Assembly: GCA_036743055.1 (NCBI GenBank)
Contig: DAINQE010000011.1
Span: forward strand, 5,516-57,652
Length of the DNA: 52,137 bases
Direction: 5' to 3'
Source of the DNA: Candidatus Sabulitectum sp.
GTDB taxonomy: Bacteria; Fermentibacterota; Fermentibacteria; Fermentibacterales; JCC-6
The notes under the pieces were generated by a model. The model was given only the letters and a program-made list of their open reading frames with translations, was not told the origin of the DNA and searched no databases. The position numbers were made by a program, and so were the translations under genes. Position 1 is the stretch's first letter. Each line of letters opens with the position of its first letter. Shown here piece by piece: positions 1 through 9,520 of the stretch.

Positions 1-197
1 ACCTCGCCGTAGAACACCCTTTTCCCGTCGCCCCTTATCTCCACCAGGGGTTCCCTGAAGCACATGCCTATGCAGCCCGATATGGTGAGTTCGCACGCGT
101 CTGGCCTGGACTCGGCCAGTTCCCTTAGCCTGTCGTAAACAGGCTGGGCTCCGGCGGAGAGACCGCAGGTGCCCATTCCTACCACTATGGTCCTCAT
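1..197 (-). CDS. NuoF/HydB-like flavoprotein subunit, N-terminal thioredoxin-like 2Fe-2S domain (only the 5' part is in the window)
   Basis: Reverse translation from ATG at 197 reads MRTIVVGMGTCGLSAGAQPVYDRLRELAESRPDACELTISGCIGMCFREPLVEI... and runs off the window. ATGA start/stop overlap (194-197) with the upstream NuoE-like gene. Confidence 0.55.
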   Translation of the reverse strand, partial: MRTIVVGMGTCGLSAGAQPVYDRLRELAESRPDACELTISGCIGMCFREPLVEIRGDGKRVFYGE

Positions 198-697
198 ATC
201 GCCGCCCCCTCAGTGGTTTCCCTGCCCTTCCTGCGGTATTCCTTCAGTATCTTCCGCAGGGAAGCAGGGGTGAGCCTTCCGTGGGTGTCGTCGTTGACCA
301 TTATCACCGGCGCAAGGGAGCAGCACCCGATGCAGGCCACGGTGAGGAAGGTGAACAGGCCGTCTTCACTTGTGTCGCCAACCTCTATTCCCAGCTCGTC
401 CTCGATGGTCTCGATGATGGACTTGGCCCCGGAAACATGGCAGGCGGTTCCGGCGCAGGCCCTGATCACGTACTTGCCCATGGGCTTCAGCCTGAACTGG
501 CTGTAAAACGTGATGACTCCGTAGATGTCCGATTCGGGTATTCCAGTTGCTCCTGATATGTAGCTGATGGCCCTTCTGGGGATATAGCCGAAATGTTCCT
601 GCGCCGACTGGAGCAGGGGGATAAGCTCCCCGGGGGCACCGTCGTACCTCCAGAGCCTGTAGCTGAAGCTTTCCTTCTTGGCAGCCGTTTTCATCAC
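194..697 (-). CDS. NuoE/HoxE/HydC-family thioredoxin-like [2Fe-2S] ferredoxin subunit
   Basis: 167-aa ORF. Cys pattern RACAGTACHVSG ... VACIGCCSLAP is typical of the NADH dehydrogenase 24-kDa (NuoE) family. Coupled to the NuoF-like gene downstream. Confidence 0.85.
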   Translation of the reverse strand: MMKTAAKKESFSYRLWRYDGAPGELIPLLQSAQEHFGYIPRRAISYISGATGIPESDIYGVITFYSQFRLKPMGKYVIRACAGTACHVSGAKSIIETIEDELGIEVGDTSEDGLFTFLTVACIGCCSLAPVIMVNDDTHGRLTPASLRKILKEYRRKGRETTEGAAI

Positions 698-783
698 TCC
701 CTTCGAGATCGGAAGCCCGGGCCGGGGAAGCAGCGTTCCCCGGCGGGGGTTTCGTCAGGATGTGTTAGAGTAGGTCCGTTCCG

Positions 784-1770
784 TCAGTCGTCTATGAGTT
801 TGATTACCTTTGCTTCCCTGACCCTGAGGACTCCGTCGATCTGACTGAGCTTCTCGATTATCCTGGGAGTCTTGCCCACGGAGCCGTGCCCTGTGATCAT
901 TCCCACGAGTTTCGTGCCCTCTTCGATCACATCGCAGACCACCACTTCATCGATGAAGAACACCGTGGTGAATATCTGCTGTATCGCTTCCGGGTCTATG
1001 TCGGCTATTATGTAGCTCATTGTGCCGGGCTGCCGTCTGGCTCCTGCCTGGGCATCCTGCTTAACGGCTTTCTGATAGGTGTCTATGAACTGGTCCACAT
1101 CCCTGTCGAGCTTTGGCCTTTCAACTGTGGACATGGAGAGGACCTTTACTCCGTCCATGGACTTCACGGTTTCGAAGACCTTCTCGATCTCGTCCTGAGA
1201 TTCGGCCTGGGCCAGGAGGATCACGTCGAAGTCGCCCCTCACCGCATCGCAGGACTGGATGTTGGGCATGGAGTAGAGCCTGTCGAATATCTCCATGCTC
1301 TTATCGGCATCGGTGATCTTGATGGTAAGGTACGCGCTGATGGATTCCCGCATGCCATCGTCTTCCGCCTCGTCGGCGGCTTCAGTGGTGGTCTTCCCCG
1401 GGGAAAGCTCCTCGAGGGCCTCCACGAGGTCGGGGATCTCGAAGGGTTTATCCAGGTAGCCGGTGTTGTGCTCGGAGAGGGCGGTGAGCATAAGGCGCTC
1501 GTCGCCGAAGCCGGTTATCACCAGAACGGGAAGCTCAGGATACTGGTTCTTTATTACCTTGAGGATCTTCAGCCCGTCGATGTCCGGCATGAAGATGTCG
1601 GTCACCAGGTAGTCGTAGGCGACTCCCCTGTTCCTGGCCTGGTTCAGCTCATGGATGGCCGAGATGCCGTCGGGGCAGGCGACAACCGAGTAATCTTCCT
1701 GGGTGAGGCCCACGGTGAGGTTCCTTCTGATCTCGGCCTCGTCGTCTATTATCAGTACACGGCCCTTCAA
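784..1770 (-). CDS. Response regulator: receiver domain fused to two AsnC/Lrp-type (RAM-like) ligand-binding repeats, no HTH seen
   Basis: 328 aa. N-terminal receiver motifs (VLIIDDE, VTDIFMPDIDG, LDKPF). Two repeats of about 75 aa follow (YLTIKITD...VKVLSMSTVER and SYIIADID...VLRVREAKVIKLI) that resemble the small-molecule-binding half of Lrp/AsnC regulators. Confidence 0.75.
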   Translation of the reverse strand: MKGRVLIIDDEAEIRRNLTVGLTQEDYSVVACPDGISAIHELNQARNRGVAYDYLVTDIFMPDIDGLKILKVIKNQYPELPVLVITGFGDERLMLTALSEHNTGYLDKPFEIPDLVEALEELSPGKTTTEAADEAEDDGMRESISAYLTIKITDADKSMEIFDRLYSMPNIQSCDAVRGDFDVILLAQAESQDEIEKVFETVKSMDGVKVLSMSTVERPKLDRDVDQFIDTYQKAVKQDAQAGARRQPGTMSYIIADIDPEAIQQIFTTVFFIDEVVVCDVIEEGTKLVGMITGHGSVGKTPRIIEKLSQIDGVLRVREAKVIKLIDD

Positions 1771-1858
1771 TGGTTTCCTCCTCTTGTTGTGTTTGTATTT
1801 CAGCAGGGGAACGCTAAGGAGAGTTCCCGTTCAAGTCAATGACAATAACCGTTTCCCC

Positions 1859-3322
1859 TCAGCGCACTTCCGCGCGGCAGAGGGACAGTGCGCTCTCGAG
1901 GTCTTCCCACTTCCCGGAGGAAAGGTAGAGGTTCATGGCCCTGGCGGCCCTTCTTCCGTGGCCCATGGCCAGGATGACCGTTGCCGCTCCGAGGACTATG
2001 TCCCCCCCTGCGAAAACACCGGGCACAGAGGTCTGCCCTGTTGCCTCGTTGACGATTATGCCTCCCCAGCCGGTTACCTCGAGTTCCGGCCACGAGGCGG
2101 GCACCAGCGGGTTCGGGCTGTTGCCTATGGCAACTATCAGCGCATCGGCCTCCTCAACGTACTCGGAGCCCTCAACCGGTACAGGTCTTCTTCGCCCGGA
2201 GGCGTCCGGTTTGCCCAGTTCCATGCGGATAAGCTCGGCACCGGTGAGCCAGCCGTCATCGTTTCCGATGAGGCGCACCGGATTGTTCAGGAGGTGGAAC
2301 TCCACTCCTTCTTCCTTCGCGTGGTGTATCTCCTCGAGCCTGGCGGGCATCTGTTCCTCGGCCCTCCTGTAGACTATGAGCGACCGTTCGGCTCCCATTC
2401 GCAGGGCCGTGCGGGCGCAGTCCATGGCCACGTTGCCGCCGCCTACGGTTATTACCTTCTTGCCTTTTACTATGGGGGTGTCGGTGTAGGGGAAGGAGTA
2501 CGCCTTCATCAGGTTCGCCCTGGTAAGGTACTCGTTGGCGGACATAACACCCAGCAGGTTCTCGCCCTCCACCCTCATGAACCGGGGCAGGCCTGCGCCC
2601 GTTCCTATGAACACGGCGTCGTGCTCCTCGACGATGTTCTGCACCGGGGCCGTTTTTCCCACTATGAAGTTGTACCTGAACTTCACCCCCAGTTTTTCCA
2701 GGTATTCCACTTCAGTCTGCACTATGGCCTTGGGCAGCCTGAACTCCGGGATGCCGTACACCAGCACTCCGCCGGCTTTATGGAAGGCTTCGTATACGGT
2801 CACCTCGTGGCCGTACTTTATCAGGTCGCCGGCTACGGTGAGCCCGGCGGGGCCTCCGCCTATTACGGCGACCTTCTTGCCTGTTTTCCTTACCTCCGGG
2901 GGTGTCTCGAACTCGCCGTTCTCCCTCTCCCAGTCAGCCAGGAACCTCTCCAGCTTGCCTATCATCACCGCCTTGCAGGGGTCCTTCTTCGCCTTACCTA
3001 TGGTGCATACCTGCTGGCACTGCTCTTCCTGGGGGCAGACCCTTCCGCACACAGCGGGAAGGAGGTTCTTCTGCTTGAGGATTCGGACCCCCTTTCGGAA
3101 ATCCCCCTCCTCGATCGCGCCTATGAACCCCGGTATGTCTATACCCACGGGACAGCCTTCCACACAGAAGGGCGTTTTGCACTGGAGGCACCTCTGCGCC
3201 TCCTTCATGGCCATTTCAGGGGTATAGCCCAGAGGCACTTCCTTCACATTGTGAATTCTTTCCGCCGGATCCTGTTCCGGCATGGGAGTAGGGGGGATCT
3301 TAAGTCTTTCAGCCGGCTTCAT
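1859..3322 (-). CDS. nfnB: NfnB/SudA/GltD-family NADPH-dependent oxidoreductase, large subunit (glutamate synthase small-chain homolog)
   Basis: Start moved from 3358 to ATG 3322 (MKPAERLK), giving an ATGA overlap with the upstream gene. Cys clusters CLQCKTPFCVEGCP and CGRVCPQEEQC plus two dinucleotide folds (VAVIGGGPAGL, ITVGGGNVAMD). Confidence 0.88.
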   Translation of the reverse strand: MKPAERLKIPPTPMPEQDPAERIHNVKEVPLGYTPEMAMKEAQRCLQCKTPFCVEGCPVGIDIPGFIGAIEEGDFRKGVRILKQKNLLPAVCGRVCPQEEQCQQVCTIGKAKKDPCKAVMIGKLERFLADWERENGEFETPPEVRKTGKKVAVIGGGPAGLTVAGDLIKYGHEVTVYEAFHKAGGVLVYGIPEFRLPKAIVQTEVEYLEKLGVKFRYNFIVGKTAPVQNIVEEHDAVFIGTGAGLPRFMRVEGENLLGVMSANEYLTRANLMKAYSFPYTDTPIVKGKKVITVGGGNVAMDCARTALRMGAERSLIVYRRAEEQMPARLEEIHHAKEEGVEFHLLNNPVRLIGNDDGWLTGAELIRMELGKPDASGRRRPVPVEGSEYVEEADALIVAIGNSPNPLVPASWPELEVTGWGGIIVNEATGQTSVPGVFAGGDIVLGAATVILAMGHGRRAARAMNLYLSSGKWEDLESALSLCRAEVR

Positions 3323-4185
3323 CACTTCCCTCCCTTCAGGGAGGCTTCCAGTTTGCACCCCGAATGGTCGCTGAACTTTTCCAGAGCCTGCTTTTCGTGT
3401 TTACGGTATGTGTTGAGACGCGCCATCATCTCGTCGAAGTCCACAAGGTGACCGTCGAACTCCGGGCCGTCCACGCAGGCGAACTTTATCTCTCCGCCCA
3501 CAGTTACCCTGCATCCGCCGCACATCCCGGTGCCGTCCACCATTATGGGGTTGAGGCTCACTATGGTGGGTATTCCCAGTTTCTTGGTGAGCAGGCAGAC
3601 GAATTTCATCATTATCGGGGGACCCATGGCTATGCACTGGTCGAACTTCTCGCCTGAGTCCACAAGCTCCTGAATGGCGTTGGTGACAAGCCCCTTCTTT
3701 CCCTTAGTGCCGTCATCGGTGGTAATCACGATGGAGTCGCTGACTTCCCGCATACGGTCCTCGAGTATCAGCAGGTCTGCGGAACGGGCTCCGAGTATGC
3801 TTGTCACCCTGTTGCCTGCCTCTTTCATTGCCTTTGCCACCGGGTAGAGAGGCGCGGTTCCGATGCCTCCTCCAACACAGAGAACATGACCGACCTTCTC
3901 AATATGAGTGGGGGTTCCCAGGGGGCCGGCGATATCCGGCACCGAGTCTCCCACTTCCTTCTGGGCAAGCTCCAGGGTTGTCTTTCCAACTGACTGGACT
4001 ATCAGGGTGATGGTTCCCTTTTCCCTGTCCACGTCCGCTATCGTTATGGGTATCCGCTCTCCGTCCTCGCTTATCCGCATGAGAACGAACTGCCCCGGCT
4101 GCCTGTAGGCGGCCACATCGGGAGCGTGGAAAGTGTAAAGGGTAATGTCCGGGCCCAGTCTTTCCTTGAAAAGGATCTCGTGCAT
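3322..4185 (-). CDS. nfnA: NfnA/SudB/PyrK-family ferredoxin-NADP reductase-like small subunit (FAD + 2Fe-2S)
   Basis: 287 aa. Ferredoxin-reductase fold motifs (RIPITIA, CVGGGIGTAPL) and a C-terminal Cys cluster (GMCGGCRV...FACVDGP). RBS GGAGGG lies upstream of ATG 4185. Confidence 0.88.
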   Translation of the reverse strand: MHEILFKERLGPDITLYTFHAPDVAAYRQPGQFVLMRISEDGERIPITIADVDREKGTITLIVQSVGKTTLELAQKEVGDSVPDIAGPLGTPTHIEKVGHVLCVGGGIGTAPLYPVAKAMKEAGNRVTSILGARSADLLILEDRMREVSDSIVITTDDGTKGKKGLVTNAIQELVDSGEKFDQCIAMGPPIMMKFVCLLTKKLGIPTIVSLNPIMVDGTGMCGGCRVTVGGEIKFACVDGPEFDGHLVDFDEMMARLNTYRKHEKQALEKFSDHSGCKLEASLKGGK

Positions 4186-4475
4186 CGCTTGCCCTCCGGT
4201 TTTGTGTGAACGGTAGCGGGTAGACAGCCTGCCCTGACGAATACCGTTACAAGGAGGAGGCGTAGTTCTGCAACCGGATGTTCCGCCGGGAGAACAGTAT
4301 GCGTCACCATACTGGCATACAAGCTATGGGTCAAGTAGTCGCAGGTGTTTTGCGAAACAGAAGAGAAGGTTCAACCTGTATATATATACGCTTCTATCTT
4401 GATAGCGCGCAGGGCTTTACTCTGCATGATCCTCTTATTATTTCTATCGCCAGGGAAGGGAGGGGATCTTCCGCC

Positions 4476-5882
4476 ATGAAGATTCTGTTTCTTGTGCACG
4501 ACGGGCTCACCGTCCCGCTGGGGGTGAGTTACCTTGCTGCAATCGCTGAAGAGCTGGGCCATGAGATCGGTGCTGTTGCTCTGACCGACCGCAGGATGGT
4601 TCAGGCGGCGGAGGACTGTCGCCCGGATCTGCTTGCTTTCGGTTCCACCACGGGTTTCCACCGGAAGTACCTGGAGATGGTCGAACCCCTTGCGGAACGC
4701 CTTGGTGTACCTGTGATCATGGGGGGTGCCCATCCCACCTTCTTCCCTGAGGTGATGGATGAGAACCCGTGGCTCGACTATGCAATGAGAGGCGAAGCCG
4801 ATACCGCCTTTCCGCTATTCCTGAGGGCCCTGGAGAACAGGACTCCTCTTAGTACTGTGGGCAATCTCATGTACAGGGAGAACGGCAGAGTAAGGATGAA
4901 CCCTCTGCTTCCCCTTGTTCAGGATCTGGATTCGATACCGTTCCCTAAACGGGATCTCCTTCCCGGAGGGAACAGGAAGGCTGTCTTCTGCATCACGGGG
5001 CGTGGCTGCCCCTACGACTGCACATACTGTTTCAACCACACCTACAGGGATATCTACAGGAACCTGGGTCAGCAGTGCAGAAGGCGGTCGGTGCACAATG
5101 TGATAAGCGAGATAAGGGAAGTGAAGGAAGCTGACGATCAGCTTCAGATGATCGTGTTCCAGGACGACATCTTCATACTGGATCACGAATGGGTCAGGGA
5201 GTTTTGCCGGATCTATCCTGAAGAGATAGGGCTGCCGTTCCACTGCCATCTCAGGGCCAACCTGGTTACCGAAGAGATCACCGGGCTGCTTGCGGGAGCG
5301 GGATGCATAAGCGTAAAAATGGCATTGGAGAACACGAACGAGAGGATACTTAATGAGGTCCTTGGCAGGAACCTGAGGGTGAGCACCCTGGAAAAAGCAT
5401 GCCGGCTGGTGAAAAAGAGCGGAATACGCCTGGTGACACAGAACATCCTTGGAGTCCCCACTTCCACCCTGGAGGACGACATCGCAACCCTCGCCTTCAA
5501 TCATTCGATAAGACCCGATTTCGCCTTCGCAACACTGCTTCAGCCATACCCTAAGACCAGGATCGCCGAGTTCTGCAGGGAGCGGAACCTCATAAGGAAC
5601 GATCAGGAGATCCCCGACTCCTTTTTCGATGACACGGTGCTGAAGATAGATGACATCTCCAAGAGGAAGAGACTGAGGCACCTGTTCGCACTCAGCATTG
5701 AGTTCAAGTTCCTTCGACCCCTTCTGCATGTTCTGCTGAATCTGCCCCTGGACGGGGTTTACTCATTCTTCGACAAGCTGTGGAAAGGTTACTGCATCAA
5801 GCAGAGGGAGTTCCCTTACAAGCTCACCTTCAGGGAATATGCAGGCAGTGTGTTCTCGTACCTCAGGAGCAGGTATTACTGA
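4476..5882 (+). CDS. B12-binding-domain radical SAM protein
   Basis: Start set at ATG 4476 after GGGAGGGGA; the 4278 start would add a non-protein-like extension. N-terminal Rossmann-like MKILFLVHDG... region, then the CPYDCTYC radical-SAM CxxxCxxC motif. Confidence 0.85.
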   Translation: MKILFLVHDGLTVPLGVSYLAAIAEELGHEIGAVALTDRRMVQAAEDCRPDLLAFGSTTGFHRKYLEMVEPLAERLGVPVIMGGAHPTFFPEVMDENPWLDYAMRGEADTAFPLFLRALENRTPLSTVGNLMYRENGRVRMNPLLPLVQDLDSIPFPKRDLLPGGNRKAVFCITGRGCPYDCTYCFNHTYRDIYRNLGQQCRRRSVHNVISEIREVKEADDQLQMIVFQDDIFILDHEWVREFCRIYPEEIGLPFHCHLRANLVTEEITGLLAGAGCISVKMALENTNERILNEVLGRNLRVSTLEKACRLVKKSGIRLVTQNILGVPTSTLEDDIATLAFNHSIRPDFAFATLLQPYPKTRIAEFCRERNLIRNDQEIPDSFFDDTVLKIDDISKRKRLRHLFALSIEFKFLRPLLHVLLNLPLDGVYSFFDKLWKGYCIKQREFPYKLTFREYAGSVFSYLRSRYY

Positions 5883-8800
5883 TCACTTCGATCGGTCCTG
5901 AGATACTTCCTAACGGTCTTTGGATCACAGCCCAGTATCCTTGCCGCCAGCGACCTGTTTCCTCCGGCGGATTCAACCGTTCTTGCAATGTGATCCCTTA
6001 TGGCATCTTCCAGGGTCTTCCTACCGAATGACCCGCCGCGCCTCTCCTCAGTCTCTATGTGACAGCTCCTGATCACGCCGTCGGGTGAGAGGATGGCTGC
6101 CCTGGTGATCACATTCTGGAGTTCTCTTACATTACCTGGCCAGTCCCTGTCCATCAGGGCTCTCAGTGCTCCCCTGGTAGGTGTTTTCCCGGAAAGATGA
6201 AGGATCAGTGGCTCTATGTCCTCCGGCCTCTCCCTCAAGGGGGAGATGTGAACCCTGGCCACGGCAAGTCTGTAATAGAGGTCGGAACGGAAGGAACCGC
6301 TTCGCATCCTTTCCTCCAGTTCGGAGTTGGTGGCGGCTACCACCCGCAGATCGACCCTTCTCTCCCGGTTCTCTCCCAGTCTCCTGAAGGTTCCGGTGTC
6401 AAGCACCCGAAGAAGCTTCACCTGCATATGCAGGGGGAGATTGCCTATCTCATCCAGGAAGAGGGTTCCTCCGTCCGCCTCCTGAAGCAGACCGGGTCTT
6501 GAGGTCCCTATGCCGGTGTACGCCCCGGCGGCGGCACCGAAGAGTTCCGATTCCATGAGATTCTCCGGTATCGCCCCGCAGTCAACCGGGACGAAGTTCT
6601 TTGCGGAGCGGCCGCTCAGGGCATGTATGGCCCTTGCGCATACTTCCTTCCCGGTACCTGTTTCCCCTGTTATGAGAACATGCACATTCTCGGAGGCATA
6701 CCTTTTTACCTCATACCTGACCTGTCGAATGGCCCTTGAATCACCGATGATGTTCGTATCGCTAACCGGCTGTCTGTTCACGGGCACGCTGCTCCCTGGC
6801 AGACATGCCGCTGCCGCCGCCGCTGTTACAAGCAGCGGAGCGAGTTCCGCTGCTCCTTCTCCCTTGATGTACATTGGCCACTCACAGGGGACCTTTGTCC
6901 AGCCCTTTTTCTCCTGAAGGGATACCCCCTCCAGACCAAGGACCTCGGGCAGACGATCGAGACCCGCAACCCCCTCACCGTACTCGTAGACCCACCGGGC
7001 AACGCTATCCAGCACCTCCCCGGTCCGCTTCGAACTGGAGGATTTCCCGGCGGAACCGTCCCACTGCGACCTGAAAGATCTCAGATAATCCTGTCGGGCT
7101 TCTCCCTTGAGCTGGTTGAGGACCAGTTCCCTGGCCTTCAGGATCCTTTTTACCGTTTCTGGCGAACCGGGAAATCCGCATGTGTCGGCTAACCTTATGG
7201 CGGTAAGAAGGGACTGCATCTCCAGAAGCTCTTCGTAGTTTTCGTCCCGGTTTTCGCCGTAGGCTATCCTGAGTATCAGACGCTCTTCGGCAAGTTCATC
7301 CGTGCTCAGGTCTTCCCTGGGAGGCAGCTGACCCTCCGACACTCCAAGGAGCAGGAGCTCGATGCCGGCCAGCAGTTCCAGGTGCCTGTCGCCCAGTATG
7401 TGACCCTTGGCCCTGGCTCGTTCCAGGAGGTGCTTGCCGGATCTCACCCTGCCCGCCTGGATGTAGAGCTTTCCCGCGTAAAGCGTGCTGATCCCGGAAT
7501 AGAGTTCCATTCCGTACCTCGATGCCAGTTCCTCCGCCCTGAGGGCAAAGGGAATCCCCTTTTCTCCCCCTCCCAGGAGGGAACACCGGTACGCCTTCAG
7601 CATGAAGAGCATCTGTTCCATAGGAGCGCCGCCTCCAGAAAGGAGGTTCTCCAGCTTCTGGAGGGTAACATCCGCTTCCGCGATGGAACCCATGCGGAGC
7701 TGAAGGTCGAACAGGTCTATGTGGGGCGGTCTTTCCATGGTCAGGGCGTTCTCTTCATGGAGGTTTGCCGCTGTGCTGAAGTCCTCGATGGCCTCATGCC
7801 ACCTGCCCACCACGGAAAGCACCCTTCCCCTGGCCTGGAGGCTTTTAACCAGCAACGGAATGCTGGATATGGTCCTCGATAGGCGTATAGCCTCTTCGGC
7901 GTGGGCAATGGCCTCGGGATACATCCCCAGTCTTGTTTCCAGGTTGCGAAGGGAGCAGAGTATCCTCACCCTCGTGCTGTCATCTCCACTATCCATGTGT
8001 TCCCTGAGTGGTTTCAGGGCCTTTGCGGGTTCGCCTGAGAGATCCCAGAGTTCGGCAAGCTCCGGCAGGTGGTCCGGCTCCCCGGTAACCGAGAGCACTT
8101 TCAGGGCCTGCTTAATCCTGCCCGTTCCCTTGAGCGCTGTGGCCAGAAGGAGGGGATCGCCGTTTTTCAGCAGGGCTGTTGCCTTTTCATGCTCTCCAAG
8201 GGAGATGAGGATCTCCCCCTGCAGGTCAAGGTCATCCTTCGGGCACGCTTCCAGTGCCTCCCTGAAGCGGCCCAGACGGAGAAGGCTTTCAGCTCTTTCC
8301 CTGACATTCCCCGGAGCTGGACAGTTTACCGTGTTCAGCAAGGCGCCCTCCCTGAACAGGGTTCTCCAGGAGAGATTCAGAAGGTCGGGAGCAGCTGATC
8401 CGGTGACGCCGGCCCTGCATCTTGGTCCGTACCAGGAGGGTCCCGCGCAGCAGTTCCCCAGGTGCTCCGTCTCCCTGCTCAGGGGGATGTCACTGGCCTG
8501 AAGGGGTTCTCCCGGAATGACCAGCCTGTTCTCTTTGGGGAAAACACCTTCATCCGTAGTGGTAACAACGATGTGAAGCCCGGGGGGCATGATCCTGCGC
8601 AGCCGTTCGAGCTGAAGGCAGGTATCCTGCTGATCGCCTGCAAGATCGCAGATGACAAGCAGTTTCTCAATACCGGGCCTGCCGGCGAAAGCGTTTTGCA
8701 GAAGTTGCCCGGGGGAGGAGGTCACCGTTCCCGCCGGTACATCCGGAAGCGGTCTTCCTTTTTCACCCGCTGCCCTTCTGAGAACCCTGCAGGCCCAACC

Positions 8801-9520
8801 GCCGGCGGAGGCATCGGCAACCAATCCATTAATCGCCAGATCCCTTTCCTTCCAGTTCCCCCCGAAAAGTACGGTGAAGTCGGACAGCCCCGGCGACAGC
8901 TCCACAGGGAACAGGGGAGGGAACTGATAGCCGAGTTTTTCCGCGGAGTTCAGTCTCCGCCGATAACTCGCTGACCGAAGCCCCTCAATCCTTGCATCAA
9001 GGGATCCTGTGCCGGCCGCGTCTTCGAACAGAGGCGACCCGGCAAGCATGTACAGGTCGGAAAGGGCGTTGGGATACCCTCCTGAAACGACCTCGGGGGC
9101 TGAACCGCAGGAAGTCCGGAAGAGACCTTCTCCCCAGAAGATGAGAAATGCATTGCCGTTCCGGTCCTGAACCCACGAGTTCCTGTCGATGGAGAGGTGG
9201 TTCAGCCCGGAGAGATGAAGTGCCCTCAGTGGCGCTAAGAGGTCGTCCAGTGAGTATCCCCTCAGGTTCGGGGTCATACTGTTCAGGGGAATGGAAAGGC
9301 ATAGTGTCCCGTCGGGCATTGTGGAGCAGGCATCGGGAACAAGGACACCTTGCGCCTTGCCGGCCAGCTCCAGAATGTACTCCAGCCTGTGAAGGTCCAG
9401 AGGGAACGGGACTACCCTTCCGAATCTTGGCTCTCCCGAACCATCGGTGAACAGAAGATGGGTCAGACCCAGCTCTGAAGACTCCCTGCGGGAAATATTC
9501 TCTATGGTAGTGTTCTTCAT
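5876..9520 (-). CDS. Giant sigma-54-dependent enhancer-binding protein: degenerate kinase-like N-terminus, NTPase/TPR-like central region, AAA+ sigma-54 activation domain, C-terminal Fis-type HTH
   Basis: Start set at ATG 9520 (MKNTTIEN) preceded by GGAGGA. C-terminal third carries Walker A GETGTGKE, ESELFG..GAYTG (GAFTGA-like loop), GGTLFLDEIG, VRVVAATN, and HTH ...GGNRSLAARILGCDPKTVRKYL. The middle has TPR-like repeats. Confidence 0.85.
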   Translation of the reverse strand: MKNTTIENISRRESSELGLTHLLFTDGSGEPRFGRVVPFPLDLHRLEYILELAGKAQGVLVPDACSTMPDGTLCLSIPLNSMTPNLRGYSLDDLLAPLRALHLSGLNHLSIDRNSWVQDRNGNAFLIFWGEGLFRTSCGSAPEVVSGGYPNALSDLYMLAGSPLFEDAAGTGSLDARIEGLRSASYRRRLNSAEKLGYQFPPLFPVELSPGLSDFTVLFGGNWKERDLAINGLVADASAGGWACRVLRRAAGEKGRPLPDVPAGTVTSSPGQLLQNAFAGRPGIEKLLVICDLAGDQQDTCLQLERLRRIMPPGLHIVVTTTDEGVFPKENRLVIPGEPLQASDIPLSRETEHLGNCCAGPSWYGPRCRAGVTGSAAPDLLNLSWRTLFREGALLNTVNCPAPGNVRERAESLLRLGRFREALEACPKDDLDLQGEILISLGEHEKATALLKNGDPLLLATALKGTGRIKQALKVLSVTGEPDHLPELAELWDLSGEPAKALKPLREHMDSGDDSTRVRILCSLRNLETRLGMYPEAIAHAEEAIRLSRTISSIPLLVKSLQARGRVLSVVGRWHEAIEDFSTAANLHEENALTMERPPHIDLFDLQLRMGSIAEADVTLQKLENLLSGGGAPMEQMLFMLKAYRCSLLGGGEKGIPFALRAEELASRYGMELYSGISTLYAGKLYIQAGRVRSGKHLLERARAKGHILGDRHLELLAGIELLLLGVSEGQLPPREDLSTDELAEERLILRIAYGENRDENYEELLEMQSLLTAIRLADTCGFPGSPETVKRILKARELVLNQLKGEARQDYLRSFRSQWDGSAGKSSSSKRTGEVLDSVARWVYEYGEGVAGLDRLPEVLGLEGVSLQEKKGWTKVPCEWPMYIKGEGAAELAPLLVTAAAAAACLPGSSVPVNRQPVSDTNIIGDSRAIRQVRYEVKRYASENVHVLITGETGTGKEVCARAIHALSGRSAKNFVPVDCGAIPENLMESELFGAAAGAYTGIGTSRPGLLQEADGGTLFLDEIGNLPLHMQVKLLRVLDTGTFRRLGENRERRVDLRVVAATNSELEERMRSGSFRSDLYYRLAVARVHISPLRERPEDIEPLILHLSGKTPTRGALRALMDRDWPGNVRELQNVITRAAILSPDGVIRSCHIETEERRGGSFGRKTLEDAIRDHIARTVESAGGNRSLAARILGCDPKTVRKYLRTDRSDQ

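Noticed and set aside
886-3451. Long ORFs antisense to the response regulator and nfnB (886-1842 +, 1703-3451 +). Similar shadows occur at 4815-5729, 16558-17418, 19515-20999, 21213-22580, 32022-32948 and 35202-36179.
   Set aside because: They lie opposite genes with strong family motifs. Their composition is Arg/Gly/Pro/His-rich and low in complexity, typical of GC-rich antisense frames. They have no RBS or recognisable motifs.
4278-4475. N-terminal extensions of the longest-ORF calls (4278, 9670, 10031, 22535, 23180, 24076, 30166, 31866, 41184, 43551).
   Set aside because: The extensions overlap upstream genes or AT-rich promoter DNA and have non-protein-like sequence. Each is followed by an internal start with a good Shine-Dalgarno sequence at which family homology or a signal peptide begins.
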